64,000 bases of DNA from Candidatus Eiseniibacteriota bacterium (GTDB lineage Bacteria; Eisenbacteria; RBG-16-71-46). The first letter of the stretch is position 1. The number at the start of each line of letters is the position of its first letter. The stretch is taken from the NCBI GenBank assembly GCA_044223005.1, contig JBGAML010000022.1, forward strand, positions 1-64,000, in the 5' to 3' direction. This document shows, one piece after another, positions 8,821 through 18,181 of the stretch. The translations under genes and the position numbers were made by a program. A model generated the notes under the pieces. It ran no database searches. It was not told where the DNA came from and worked only from the letters and a program-made list of their open reading frames with translations.

Positions 8821-10056
8821 ATGCGTTCGATCGCTCGCGCGCTGGTCGCGCTGGCGCTGTGCTCGATGGTGCTCCCCTGGACCGCACGCCGCGGCGAGGG
8901 CCTGCCGCTCTACGCCGCGCGCACGGGCCTCATGTGCCAGAGCTGCCACTTCGATCCCAACGGCGGTGGGCCGCGCACCGACTTCGGCTTCGCCTTCGCG
9001 AGCCATCGTCACACGATCGAACCCGAGACGACCGGCACCTGGAAGGACCTCGCGCTCACGAACCGCGTCTCGGAATCGATGCCGGTCTACTTCGGCCTCG
9101 ACCAGCGATTCATGCTGCTCTCGAACGCGAACGTCACCTCGTCGCCGGCCGAGCGCGCGGGCTTCTTCAACATGGAGAACGCGCTCTACGTGTCGTTCCA
9201 GCCGCACCCGCGGCTGGCCCTCGTCTACAGCCGCGACGCCTTCAACGACGCGACGCTGGCGCAGGACGCGTTCGGCGTGATCTCGGGCTTCCCGCTCGAC
9301 GGCTACCTGAAGGCGGGCCGCTTCCGCACGCCGTTCGGCCTGCGCATGGACGATCACACCGTGGCCACGCGCGAGGGCTACCTGAACCTCACGGGCGGGC
9401 CCGCGTTCCTGCCCTATGATCCTCGCTTCCCCGACATGGGCGTCGAGATCGGCGGCGACCATGGCAGCGTCTTCGGCCGCGCAGCGTTCACGAACGGCAA
9501 TTCCAACGTCTTCGGGCCGCAGCCCTTCGCGCACACCGCCACCGCCAAGCTCGGCGTCAACCTGCCGTGGGTGCAGACCGCGGTCTCGGTGCACGACGAC
9601 TACGAGAAGAACGCCAAGTTCCCCTTCCGCCGCGCACGGCGCTGGAGCACGTACGCGCTCACGCACTGGAAGCGGCTGGTGTTCATCGGCGAAGTGGGCG
9701 CGGGCACCGACGACTTCGCGAAGAAGGACATCCGCGGCGCGCACAACAACCTGCTCGCGGGCTTCGGCGAGATCGACTGGACGGTGAACCGCGCGCTCAA
9801 CCTGCGCGTGCGCGCCGACCACCTGGAGACCAGCCGTGACGGCACGGAGTTCACGCGCCCGGACGGCTCGATGGTGTCGATCCAGGACGTGAGCTCGTTC
9901 GATCGCTGGTCGCTGGAAGGCGAGATCCTCCCCGTTCCGTTCGGCGAGATCCGCGCCTCGTACCGCGTCATCTCGCCCGTCGCGAAGACCGACATCGCGG
10001 GCGAGAAGGTCCGCACCGAGCGGCAGGGCTACCTGCAGTTCCACTTCAGCTACTAG
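8821..10056 (+). CDS. Monoheme cytochrome c fused to outer-membrane beta-barrel (Cyc2-like architecture)
   Basis: Signal peptide then LPLYAARTGLMCQSCH (CxxCH); KAGRFRTPFG porin motif; amphipathic strands; C-terminal beta-signal YLQFHFSY. Confidence 0.7.
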   Translation: MRSIARALVALALCSMVLPWTARRGEGLPLYAARTGLMCQSCHFDPNGGGPRTDFGFAFASHRHTIEPETTGTWKDLALTNRVSESMPVYFGLDQRFMLLSNANVTSSPAERAGFFNMENALYVSFQPHPRLALVYSRDAFNDATLAQDAFGVISGFPLDGYLKAGRFRTPFGLRMDDHTVATREGYLNLTGGPAFLPYDPRFPDMGVEIGGDHGSVFGRAAFTNGNSNVFGPQPFAHTATAKLGVNLPWVQTAVSVHDDYEKNAKFPFRRARRWSTYALTHWKRLVFIGEVGAGTDDFAKKDIRGAHNNLLAGFGEIDWTVNRALNLRVRADHLETSRDGTEFTRPDGSMVSIQDVSSFDRWSLEGEILPVPFGEIRASYRVISPVAKTDIAGEKVRTERQGYLQFHFSY

Positions 10057-10225
10057 GCGGCACTTTCCGCGCTCCACGGGAGTGTCACCCACCGCGGCGC
10101 GGCCGGTCTTCGGACCGCGCCGCGCCGTGCGCTATCCTGACGGCCGCGTTCCCCCGCCCCGGCGTTCCGGGGCACCACCGTCCGCGCGCTCGCGCGCGCT
10201 CACGTGCCGCAGGAGTGTCGCTCGC

Positions 10226-10753
10226 ATGTCCGCCCCGAATCCCTCGCCGCGTCGCGCCCCGTCTCCCTGGCTCTGGCTGCTGCTCGTCCCGGTCGCGCTG
10301 ATCCTGGGCCGCGTGGTCGGCGGCATGAACGTCTCGCCCGTGCATCACGGCACCGCGACCGAGTCGGCGGCGGCCGGCGGCGTGCGCTGGACGTCGCTCG
10401 CCGACGCCGAGGCGGAGGCGAAGCGCACGGGCAAGCCGGTACTCTACGACTTCAACGCCGACTGGTGCCCGCCCTGCCAGGCGATGAAGCACCAGATGTT
10501 CGAGAATCCCGCCGACGCGCGCGCGATCGAAGCGGTGGTCGTGCCCGTCTCGGTCGTGGACCGCTACAAGGAGAATGGCGCCAACCCGCCCGAGATCGAG
10601 GCGCTGCAGCAGCGCTTCCAGATCTACGCGTTCCCGACGCTGATCGTGCTCTCGCCCACCACCGGCCGGTTCGTGAAGCGCGAAGGCTTCGACGGCGCCG
10701 CATCGACGCGCGAGTGGATCGCGCAAGCGGCGGCGAGCCTGAAATCGTCGTAG
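10226..10753 (+). CDS. Membrane-anchored thioredoxin-family protein (WCPPC), paralog of 2348-2998
   Basis: AGGAG RBS; TM anchor; GKPVLYDFNADWCPPC; AFPTLIV. Confidence 0.85.
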   Translation: MSAPNPSPRRAPSPWLWLLLVPVALILGRVVGGMNVSPVHHGTATESAAAGGVRWTSLADAEAEAKRTGKPVLYDFNADWCPPCQAMKHQMFENPADARAIEAVVVPVSVVDRYKENGANPPEIEALQQRFQIYAFPTLIVLSPTTGRFVKREGFDGAASTREWIAQAAASLKSS

Positions 10754-10765
10754 CGCGCGGAACGT

Positions 10766-10804
10766 GAAACGGCGCCGGCCCCACGCGGGGCCCGGCGCCG
10801 TTTC
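10766..10804. terminator. Bidirectional intrinsic terminator
   Basis: gaaacggcgccgg...ccggcgccgtttc stem between convergent genes. Confidence 0.75.
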
Positions 10805-10819
10805 GTTTCCGCGTCGGGA

Positions 10820-13800
10820 TCAGCGAACGCGCGTCACGCGCGTGCCGACCTCTCGGCCCATGGCCTCGAGCCGGACGAAGTAGACGCCCGCGGGCGTGGG
10901 GACGCCCTGGCCGTCGTTGCCGTCCCAGAGCAGCTCCTGGGGACCCGCGGGGCGCCAGCCGTCGACCAGCGTGCGCACGCGGCGGCCCTGCACGTCCTGC
11001 ACGGTGAGCCGCGCCATGCCCCCGTGCGGCAGCGTGAAGCTGAGCCGGCTGCCGCCGCGCGTGGGATTCGGCGCACCGGGCGCGAGCGCGACCAGTTCCG
11101 CGGCGTCGACCGCGGGCTCCACCGCGAGCACGGGGCCGTTCATGCGGAAGTCGCCTTCGTTGACGCCGTTGCCCGGCATCGAGAACCACGGCGTGCGCGG
11201 GAAGTAGGGCGACTTGGAGAGGATCCGCGCGCGCCAGTGCGACGGATCGTTCACCGCGGCGCTGCTCGCTGCGAGACCCATCGGGAATGGCGCACCGAGA
11301 TCGGCGAGCCCCCACGCGGTGAGCGTCGTGCCGCTGCCGTTCATCACCTGGTTGCGACCCTTGAGCTCCATCTGCATGCGCACGCGGCCGCGACCCTTCG
11401 CGGTCCACGGCCGCAGCTCGCCATAGATCCCGGGCGATGCCGCGCGGCCGAGCGTACTGACGGTCGTGAGCAGGCAGAGGCTCGGGCACGCCTGGTACTG
11501 GAAGATCTGCCGCGGGATGCCCTGCTGGTTGCCGAGGTAGAGCGCGGCATGCCCGGCGCGGTAGTCGAAGAAGCTCACGTCGTAGCCCGGCTCGCCCACC
11601 ATCACGTCGGCGAAGCCGTCACCGTTCACGTCGCCCGCAGGCGCCACGATGTGGCCGACGTTGCTGTAGGGCGCGAGGCCGTCCACGGTCCACGAGGCGT
11701 TGGCCGCGAGGCCGGCCGCGCCGCCGCGGTAGAGGTAGACGCGCCCGCAGTCGGGACCACCCGCGCCGTCGTGGAAGACCGCGCCCACCAGCAGGTCGGT
11801 GAAGCCGTCGTCGTCCACGTCGCCCGCGCTGGAGATGGCGGCACCGTAGCCGTCGTAGGCTTCGTCGCCGTCGTGGGCCCACGACGCCGTCGCCGGCAGG
11901 CCGAAGGCGCCGCCGAAGAAGGCCTCGACGCGGCCGGCATCGACGATCGACGAATCCCAGCCGTTGAAACCGACCAGAACGTCGGAGAAGCCATCGCCGT
12001 TCACGTCCGCCATCGCGGTCGAGGCGCCGAAGAGCGCGGAGTTCTGGCCCGTCACCGTGTGCGTCCAGCCCACCTCGTGGCGGAGCCCCTTCTCGCCCGC
12101 GAGATTGCCGTCGGCGATGCCGTAGTAGAGCGAGACGCGGCCCGCGTCGGTGTCGGTGCCGTTGTCCCAGCCCGATGCGCCCACCACCAGGTCGCTCAGG
12201 CCGTCGCGGTTCACGTCGCCACCACCCGCGACCGACGAGCCGAACTGCGCGCCCGCCTGGCCACCCGAGTCCGACCACGCGGGCGTCGCCGCAAGCGTGC
12301 CGCCCTGGCCGAGGTAGACGCACGCATAGCCCTGGTCCGTCAGCGTGCCGTCGTAGCCCGACGCGCTGACGAAGATGTCGCCGAGACCGTCGCCGTTCAG
12401 GTCACCTGCCGAGCCGCAGCGGTAGCCGAAGTAGCTCGTGGGCCCGGGGCCGGAGGCGGACCAGATCGCGCTGCCCGCGGGCAGGCCACCGAGGTTGCCC
12501 TTCCACATCTGCACGCGGCCGATGTTGTTCCACGTGTGCGAGGCGACGAGCAGGTCGCCGTAGCCGTCGTTGTTCACGTCGCCCGCGGGCGCGACGCACA
12601 CGCCCATGTTCTCGCCCGCCACCGCGCCCAGGCGCTGCCACGACGGACTCGCCGCCACGCCGGTCGCGTTGCCGTAGTAGACGAACACCGCGCCGCCGTC
12701 GGCCGAGCCCGCGTCCCAGCCGGGCGCGCCGACGGCCACGTCGCCGTAGCCATCGCCGTTCACGTCGCCGACACCGGACACGGACCAGCCGAGCACGTCC
12801 TGCGCGAGCTGGCCGTACGCGTTCCACGTCGCCGTGGTGGAGATGCCCTGCGAGCCGCCCAGGTAGCAGTAGGCCGCGCCGGACTTGAGCGTCGAGCCGT
12901 TGAGGTTCGAGTAGCCGGCGCCGACCAGCACGTCGCTGAAGCCGTCGCCGTTCACGTCGCCCGCGGTGGCCACCACGTTGGCGAACAGGTCGGTCGTGAC
13001 CGCGGTCGTGACGCTCCAGATCGGCGATGCGTTGAACGCGCCGGGGCCACCGCCGTAGACGAACGCGGTGCCGGGGCCGCCGAACACGGGCTCGCCCACG
13101 AGCAGGTCCGCGTAGCCGTCGCCGTTCACGTCGCCCGCGGTGGCGACGCTGCTGCCGAAGTAGGCGTTCGCGACGTTGGATTCGAGCAGCGCGGGCGCGT
13201 GGTCGAGGCCGCTGCCGCTGCCATGGTAGATCGCGATGCGGCCTTCGAACGCCTGGCCACCCGCGAAATTGGGCGCGCCGATGCAGAGGTCCGAGTAGCC
13301 GTCGCCGTTCATGTCGCCGATGCCGCAGACCGTGTAGCCCCACTTGGAATAGATCTGGCCGTCGGTCTCGATCCACGAGGGCGAGAGCGTCGGCAGGTAG
13401 GGCGACGCGGCGCTGCCGTGGAACACGTACGTGTAGCCGATCAGCGTCGGCACCGCCGGCGCGCCGATGAAGACGTCGTCGTAGCCGTCGCCGTTCACGT
13501 CGCCGGCGCAACCCACCGACCAGCCGAACTGGAGCGCGAGGCTGTTCGACTCGAACTGCCACGTCGCCGTGCTCTGCAGCGGCGGGATGGAACCGCCCAC
13601 GAACAGAAACGCGGCGCCTTCGCGGTCGGTCGGGTTGGTCCAGTGCGGCGCGCCCACGATCACGTCGGCGAAGCCGTCGCCGTTGACGTCGCCCGCGGTC
13701 GAGACGCAGTCGCCGAAGTAGGCGTTGGCGAGTCCGCCGCCACGGATCCACGTGGGCGTGGTCGAGAGGCCGCCCGAGCCGCCCAGGTAGGCGAACGCGG

Positions 13801-14836
13801 CACCCTCGTCCGTGAACGAGACGTCGTAGAGGAACGCGCCCACGAGCACGTCGTCGTAGCCGTCGTTGTTGACGTCGCCCGCGGTCGAAACCGACACCCC
13901 GTAGCAGGCGCCGAGCTGGTTGCCGCGCTGGAACCACGCCGGCGAGGTCGAGAGTCCGTTGGGCCCGCCCAGGTAGACGAACGCCGCGCCCTCGTTGACG
14001 AAGGTCTGGTCGTACTGCCACGCGCCCACGATCACGTCGCTGTAGCCGTCACCGTTCACGTCGCCGGCCGTGGCCAGCGCCATGCCGAACTGCATGTCGG
14101 CCTGCGAGCCCTGCAGCGTGGCCTGCGGCGTGGTCGCGAGCGGGTCGACGGTGAGCGGGTAGGCCGCGCCCGCATCGTCGACGCGGATCTCGAGACCGCG
14201 CGCCGTGCGCGCGAAGGCGGCCGGCACGTCCTCGCCCGCGGCGTCGATCACGTGCAGCTGCGCGTAGAAGAACGCCGTGGCCCCGTCGGGCGCGTGGAAG
14301 GTGGCGCTGCGGCCGTCGGCGGCGACGTCGACCGCGCCTGCGCCGGAGGCGTCGAGCGCCAGTACGACCGGTTCGCGCCGCGCGCCGGACTCGGGGGCGC
14401 GGCGCAGCACGAAGCCCTGCTCGAGGCCCGCGCGGTCGTTGGCGAACCACTCGGTGGCGTCCAGCGCCTCGCGGTCGGACCACACGCGACCGTTCTCGTG
14501 CCGCAGGCGGCCCTCCGGCACGGCGGCCACGTTCGCGCCGCGGCCGAGCGCGGTCCACGCGAGCCGGATCGAGAAGGCCGAATCACCGCGCGTGCGCGAG
14601 GTGAGCGAAGCGCCCGCACGATCGATCGCGACGCGCAGGTCCTGCGCGCGGTTGGGCGCGGTCCAGCCCTCGCCCGCGGCGGTGAACTCGTATTCACGTG
14701 CCAGCAGCGCGGCGCGCGCGGCGGCGGTCCAGCTGGAATCGGGCGTGACGGCAGCGGGATGGTGCGCGGCCGGCGAGGCGAACGCCGCGGATGCGGCGAG
14801 CGACAGGGCGGCGAGGACGGCGGGGATGGTCCGCAT
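10820..14836 (-). CDS. Exported FG-GAP (integrin-alpha-like beta-propeller) repeat protein with FlgD-Ig C-terminal domain
   Basis: Signal peptide; N-terminal domain ending YPLTVDP; 14 GDVNGDG[YF]xD-type repeats; C-term APNP...DVQGRRVRTL...WDG...AGVYFVRL. Confidence 0.9.
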   Translation of the reverse strand: MRTIPAVLAALSLAASAAFASPAAHHPAAVTPDSSWTAAARAALLAREYEFTAAGEGWTAPNRAQDLRVAIDRAGASLTSRTRGDSAFSIRLAWTALGRGANVAAVPEGRLRHENGRVWSDREALDATEWFANDRAGLEQGFVLRRAPESGARREPVVLALDASGAGAVDVAADGRSATFHAPDGATAFFYAQLHVIDAAGEDVPAAFARTARGLEIRVDDAGAAYPLTVDPLATTPQATLQGSQADMQFGMALATAGDVNGDGYSDVIVGAWQYDQTFVNEGAAFVYLGGPNGLSTSPAWFQRGNQLGACYGVSVSTAGDVNNDGYDDVLVGAFLYDVSFTDEGAAFAYLGGSGGLSTTPTWIRGGGLANAYFGDCVSTAGDVNGDGFADVIVGAPHWTNPTDREGAAFLFVGGSIPPLQSTATWQFESNSLALQFGWSVGCAGDVNGDGYDDVFIGAPAVPTLIGYTYVFHGSAASPYLPTLSPSWIETDGQIYSKWGYTVCGIGDMNGDGYSDLCIGAPNFAGGQAFEGRIAIYHGSGSGLDHAPALLESNVANAYFGSSVATAGDVNGDGYADLLVGEPVFGGPGTAFVYGGGPGAFNASPIWSVTTAVTTDLFANVVATAGDVNGDGFSDVLVGAGYSNLNGSTLKSGAAYCYLGGSQGISTTATWNAYGQLAQDVLGWSVSGVGDVNGDGYGDVAVGAPGWDAGSADGGAVFVYYGNATGVAASPSWQRLGAVAGENMGVCVAPAGDVNNDGYGDLLVASHTWNNIGRVQMWKGNLGGLPAGSAIWSASGPGPTSYFGYRCGSAGDLNGDGLGDIFVSASGYDGTLTDQGYACVYLGQGGTLAATPAWSDSGGQAGAQFGSSVAGGGDVNRDGLSDLVVGASGWDNGTDTDAGRVSLYYGIADGNLAGEKGLRHEVGWTHTVTGQNSALFGASTAMADVNGDGFSDVLVGFNGWDSSIVDAGRVEAFFGGAFGLPATASWAHDGDEAYDGYGAAISSAGDVDDDGFTDLLVGAVFHDGAGGPDCGRVYLYRGGAAGLAANASWTVDGLAPYSNVGHIVAPAGDVNGDGFADVMVGEPGYDVSFFDYRAGHAALYLGNQQGIPRQIFQYQACPSLCLLTTVSTLGRAASPGIYGELRPWTAKGRGRVRMQMELKGRNQVMNGSGTTLTAWGLADLGAPFPMGLAASSAAVNDPSHWRARILSKSPYFPRTPWFSMPGNGVNEGDFRMNGPVLAVEPAVDAAELVALAPGAPNPTRGGSRLSFTLPHGGMARLTVQDVQGRRVRTLVDGWRPAGPQELLWDGNDGQGVPTPAGVYFVRLEAMGREVGTRVTRVR

Positions 14837-14865
14837 GGGGATCCTCCAGGGCAGGGGTACGTGTG

Positions 14866-14894
14866 TTCAACGCCGCATCCCGCTCCGCATCACA
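14866..14894 (-). promoter_or_regulatory. Putative ECF-dependent promoter of the FG-GAP gene
   Basis: TGTGAT-N16-CGTTGAA about 30 nt upstream of the ATG; matches the motif before the ECF sigma gene. Confidence 0.65.
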
Positions 14895-14979
14895 GATTCG
14901 TGACGCGATTCCCGCTCGTTCCCCGATGCACGAGCGCCGCTGTCGCGTGGTGGCGAACGGCGGCGCCCGGAGTGACGCG

Positions 14980-15858
14980 CTACTCGCGCCCGAGGAAGAG
15001 GAACCCGGCCGCCACGATCAACATGGCGCCCGCGACGCGCGGCACCAGCCGTTCCTCGGCGAAGAGCTTCCCGCCGAACAGCGAGGCGTACACGATGCTC
15101 GTGCGCTTGACCGCGAGCACCAGTGCCACCGGTCCCACGCGCGTGGCCTGCAGCTGGAAGAAGCGGTACCCCAGCGTCAGCACCGCGATCGCCACCAGCA
15201 GCGGCCACTGCTCGCGCGCGCCACGGCCCAGCGCCGCCCACGGCGTGCGGCGCACCGCGAGCACCGCGCCGAACACGAGCGCGTAGACGACGTGCTGGTG
15301 GAAGAGCACCACGTTGGGCGGCACCTTCATACCGCCGACCAGGAGCTTGTCCGCCACCGAGGAGATCGCGAACAGGAGCAGCGCCCCGATCATCCATCGC
15401 TGCCGCGGCGCCCAGAGCGCCTCGCCCAGTGCGCGCGGGCCCGCGACGCCGGCGCGCATCTCGAGCGCCCACGTACCCGCGACCATCAGCGCGAGCCCGA
15501 TCCACTCGCCGCCGTGGAGACGCTCGCCGATCAGCAACTGCGCGAGCACGGCGGTGACGGCGGGCGTCAGCCCCATGAGCGGCAGGGCGCCGCTGATGGG
15601 GCTGCGCTCCAGCGTCATCATCACGAACAGGAACGCGACGCCCCCGAGGACGCTCTTGCCCCACAGCACGCCCAGCGCGCGGGTGCTCAGCGCGAACGCG
15701 GGCGTCGTGAACGGCACCCACGCCGAGCACGCCAGGATCACGAGCGAGACGAGGAACGAGAACTCGAGCGCGTGCAGGCCGCGCAGCGTCTTCTTCTGGG
15801 CGATCGCCGCGGCGGCCGAGAGCACCGCCGACACGGACGCGAGCGCGATCCAGTTCAT
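14980..15858 (-). CDS. EamA/DMT family transporter
   Basis: About 10 hydrophobic helices in two repeats; LLIGERL and KLFAEE repeat ends; AVKRTS motif. Confidence 0.85.
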   Translation of the reverse strand: MNWIALASVSAVLSAAAAIAQKKTLRGLHALEFSFLVSLVILACSAWVPFTTPAFALSTRALGVLWGKSVLGGVAFLFVMMTLERSPISGALPLMGLTPAVTAVLAQLLIGERLHGGEWIGLALMVAGTWALEMRAGVAGPRALGEALWAPRQRWMIGALLLFAISSVADKLLVGGMKVPPNVVLFHQHVVYALVFGAVLAVRRTPWAALGRGAREQWPLLVAIAVLTLGYRFFQLQATRVGPVALVLAVKRTSIVYASLFGGKLFAEERLVPRVAGAMLIVAAGFLFLGRE

Positions 15859-15868
15859 GCCGCCTCCC

Positions 15869-18181
15869 TCACCACCCGAACGTCGCCGAGAGCGTCCAGT
15901 CCTGCCCGGGCTCGTCCTTCACGAGGCCGCGCAGCGTGGACAGGTGCAGCCGGTACGAGCGATCGAACACGTTCTCGACGCCCGCGTGCAACTGCAGCGA
16001 GCCGCCACCCGCGGCGACGGGCACGCTCGCGAAGCGCACGGCCCACGTGGTCCAGCCGGCCGTCGCGCTCTCCCCCGCGGCCGGGTTGCCCTGCGTGTGC
16101 TGCGCGTCGGCGACCACGCGGAGCGTTCCCGAACCGGGTGCGTCCCACGCGAGTTCGGCCTCGCCCGTGAGCGGCGCGACCTGCGGCAGGTTGGCGTGCA
16201 GCTTCGTGTCCTCGCCGCGTACGCAGGCGACGGACGCGCGCGCCACCAGTCGCCGCGCGAGCCGCTGCTCGGCCGTTCCCTCGAACCCGTAGAGCCGCGC
16301 GTGTCCGATGTTCGACTTCACGAACGCCGCGCGCGACTGGAACGTGCCCGGCGTCTCGGCGACCAGGTTGGTGAGCCGGTTGCCGAACGCGTCCAGCTGC
16401 AGCCGCGTACGCTCGGTCTCCAGCCGCGCGCCCACGTTCAGCGACACGCTGCGCTCGGGCTGCAGGTCCGGATTGCCCACGTGCAGGCTGCTGCCGAGGT
16501 CGAGGTACTGGAAGCGCTCCTCGAGCGTCGGCGAGCGGAACGCGGTGGCGAGCAGCACCGATGCCGAGAGCGGCTTCGCGAGCGCGACGTGCAGGCCCGT
16601 GCTGGCGCTCCACGACGCGTCGTGGGTCGTGCGCGCGTCCCAGAGCACGCTCTGTCCGGGCACCGGGATCTGCGGGACACCGTTCACGTACAGCGCCTCG
16701 GGATTGAGTGTGCGGTCGTTGGTCGTGCGGTTGCGGTCGTAGCGGCCGCCGATCACCACCCGCGCCCGCTCGGGCACGACGTTCCACTCCTCCTGCAGGT
16801 AACCGCCGCCCGACAGGAAGCGGCCGAACGGTACGGGGCGTTCCACGAACTCGCGGTGCAGCGCCTTGAGCCAGCGTTCGCGGTGGCTGTCCATGGTGCG
16901 CTGCCAGAGATCCGCGCCCACGATGAGCAGGTGTCCTCGCGCCGGCGCGAGGCGTGCTTCCAGCTCGCCGCTCCACGTGGTGTGCGTCGCGTGCGGCGTC
17001 ACCGTGACGACGGGCGACTGGATCAGCTCGACGTCGCGCTCGATCGCGGTGCGCGAGGCGCGCGCGGTGACGAGCGGCACGCGCGACGAGGGGTTCGGCA
17101 GCACGTACTCGAGCCCGAACATCTCGCGGCGCGCGAGCGTGTAGCGCACGGCGGCGGTCGCGCCGAACGGCGAGCCGCCCGGGATGCCGGTGTCCCCGGC
17201 CTGCATGCGCTGCCAGAGCGCGGTCAGCGTCTGGCGGCCGATCGTGCGCAGGGCGAGCGAGGCGTTGCCGCTCGCGTCGTGCCACTGCGAGTGCGGCACG
17301 GCGCCGCGCGGCGTCATGGTCTCCGCCGCGCGCCGCAACCCGCCGCTCACGCGCAGCGCGTGGCGGTCGCCGGCGTGCTCGATCGCCGCCCAGTGCGAGA
17401 CGCCGTCGTCCACGCTGCTCACGGCCTCGTTCCATTCGAGCGAGGCGCGCGTGTGGTCCGAGAACGCCGCGCGGCGCGTCACCATCTGCACCGCACCGCC
17501 GAGCGAGCCGGATCCGAAGAGTACCGAGCCGGCGCCCTTCATGACCTCGATGCGCTCGAGGTCGAGCACGTTGACGAGCGGCAGTGTGCCCGCATGTTCG
17601 GTGGAGGTCTCGATGCGCGTGTTGTCCACCAGCGCGACCACGCTGTTCTTCCCCAGCCCGCGGATCGAGAGCCCCGTGCCCCACGTGCCGTCACGCACGA
17701 GCGCGAGTCCCGGCAGATGCGCCGCGGCGTCGGCCGCGCCGATCGCGGCGCGATCGCGCATCGCGTCGTCGCCCAGCGTGACCGCCGCGTACGGCAGCGT
17801 TCGGAGGTCCGCGCTCGAGCGGGCGCTGCGCACCACCACCTCGCCCTGGCGATAGAGCGCCGGGCGGAGCTCGAACACGAGCGGCGTGTCGCCGGTCATC
17901 GCCACCGTGCGGTCGGCGTCGGCGTAGGCCACGTGGTGCACGGACACCGTCCACGTGCCCGGGGCGAGCGAGCGGAACGTGAAGCGGCCGTCGGCGTCGG
18001 TGCGCACGGCCTGGCCGCTCTCGCGCAGCCGCACACGCGTGCCCTCGATCGGGTGGCCGGTCGCGTGATCGACGACGCGGCCCGAGAGCACGGCCGCGAA
18101 CGCGGTGGATGCCGTGAGCAGCGCGGCCAGCGTGCCCACGAGCGCCAGTGCGCGCGCGAGCGCCCAGGAGCGGAACGTCAT
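15869..18181 (-). CDS. TonB-dependent outer-membrane receptor
   Basis: Signal peptide; carboxypeptidase-regulatory-like N-domain (LSGRVVD..TG.PI); plug (SIRGLG, ERIEVMKGAGSVLFGSGSLGG); FRSP...GNPDLQPE, VENVFD, C-terminal FGW. Confidence 0.92.
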   Translation of the reverse strand: MTFRSWALARALALVGTLAALLTASTAFAAVLSGRVVDHATGHPIEGTRVRLRESGQAVRTDADGRFTFRSLAPGTWTVSVHHVAYADADRTVAMTGDTPLVFELRPALYRQGEVVVRSARSSADLRTLPYAAVTLGDDAMRDRAAIGAADAAAHLPGLALVRDGTWGTGLSIRGLGKNSVVALVDNTRIETSTEHAGTLPLVNVLDLERIEVMKGAGSVLFGSGSLGGAVQMVTRRAAFSDHTRASLEWNEAVSSVDDGVSHWAAIEHAGDRHALRVSGGLRRAAETMTPRGAVPHSQWHDASGNASLALRTIGRQTLTALWQRMQAGDTGIPGGSPFGATAAVRYTLARREMFGLEYVLPNPSSRVPLVTARASRTAIERDVELIQSPVVTVTPHATHTTWSGELEARLAPARGHLLIVGADLWQRTMDSHRERWLKALHREFVERPVPFGRFLSGGGYLQEEWNVVPERARVVIGGRYDRNRTTNDRTLNPEALYVNGVPQIPVPGQSVLWDARTTHDASWSASTGLHVALAKPLSASVLLATAFRSPTLEERFQYLDLGSSLHVGNPDLQPERSVSLNVGARLETERTRLQLDAFGNRLTNLVAETPGTFQSRAAFVKSNIGHARLYGFEGTAEQRLARRLVARASVACVRGEDTKLHANLPQVAPLTGEAELAWDAPGSGTLRVVADAQHTQGNPAAGESATAGWTTWAVRFASVPVAAGGGSLQLHAGVENVFDRSYRLHLSTLRGLVKDEPGQDWTLSATFGW

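Noticed and set aside
8821..10056. Naming the gene cyc2 and calling the organism an iron oxidiser
   Set aside because: Architecture matches but the post-CxxCH motif differs; cannot be asserted without HMM or phylogeny
11590..14070. Recurring DNA word gccgtcgccgttcacgtcgccc at roughly regular spacing, CRISPR- or DGR-like
   Set aside because: It encodes the GDVNGDG protein repeats; spacing about 180-200 bp, degenerate at wobble positions; no cas or reverse transcriptase gene
11024..15286. Long shadow ORFs (also 28503-32531, 28976-33073, 38526-41048, 58019-61705 and many others)
   Set aside because: Arg/Ala/Gly-rich or antisense mirror translations overlapping well-supported genes; no motifs
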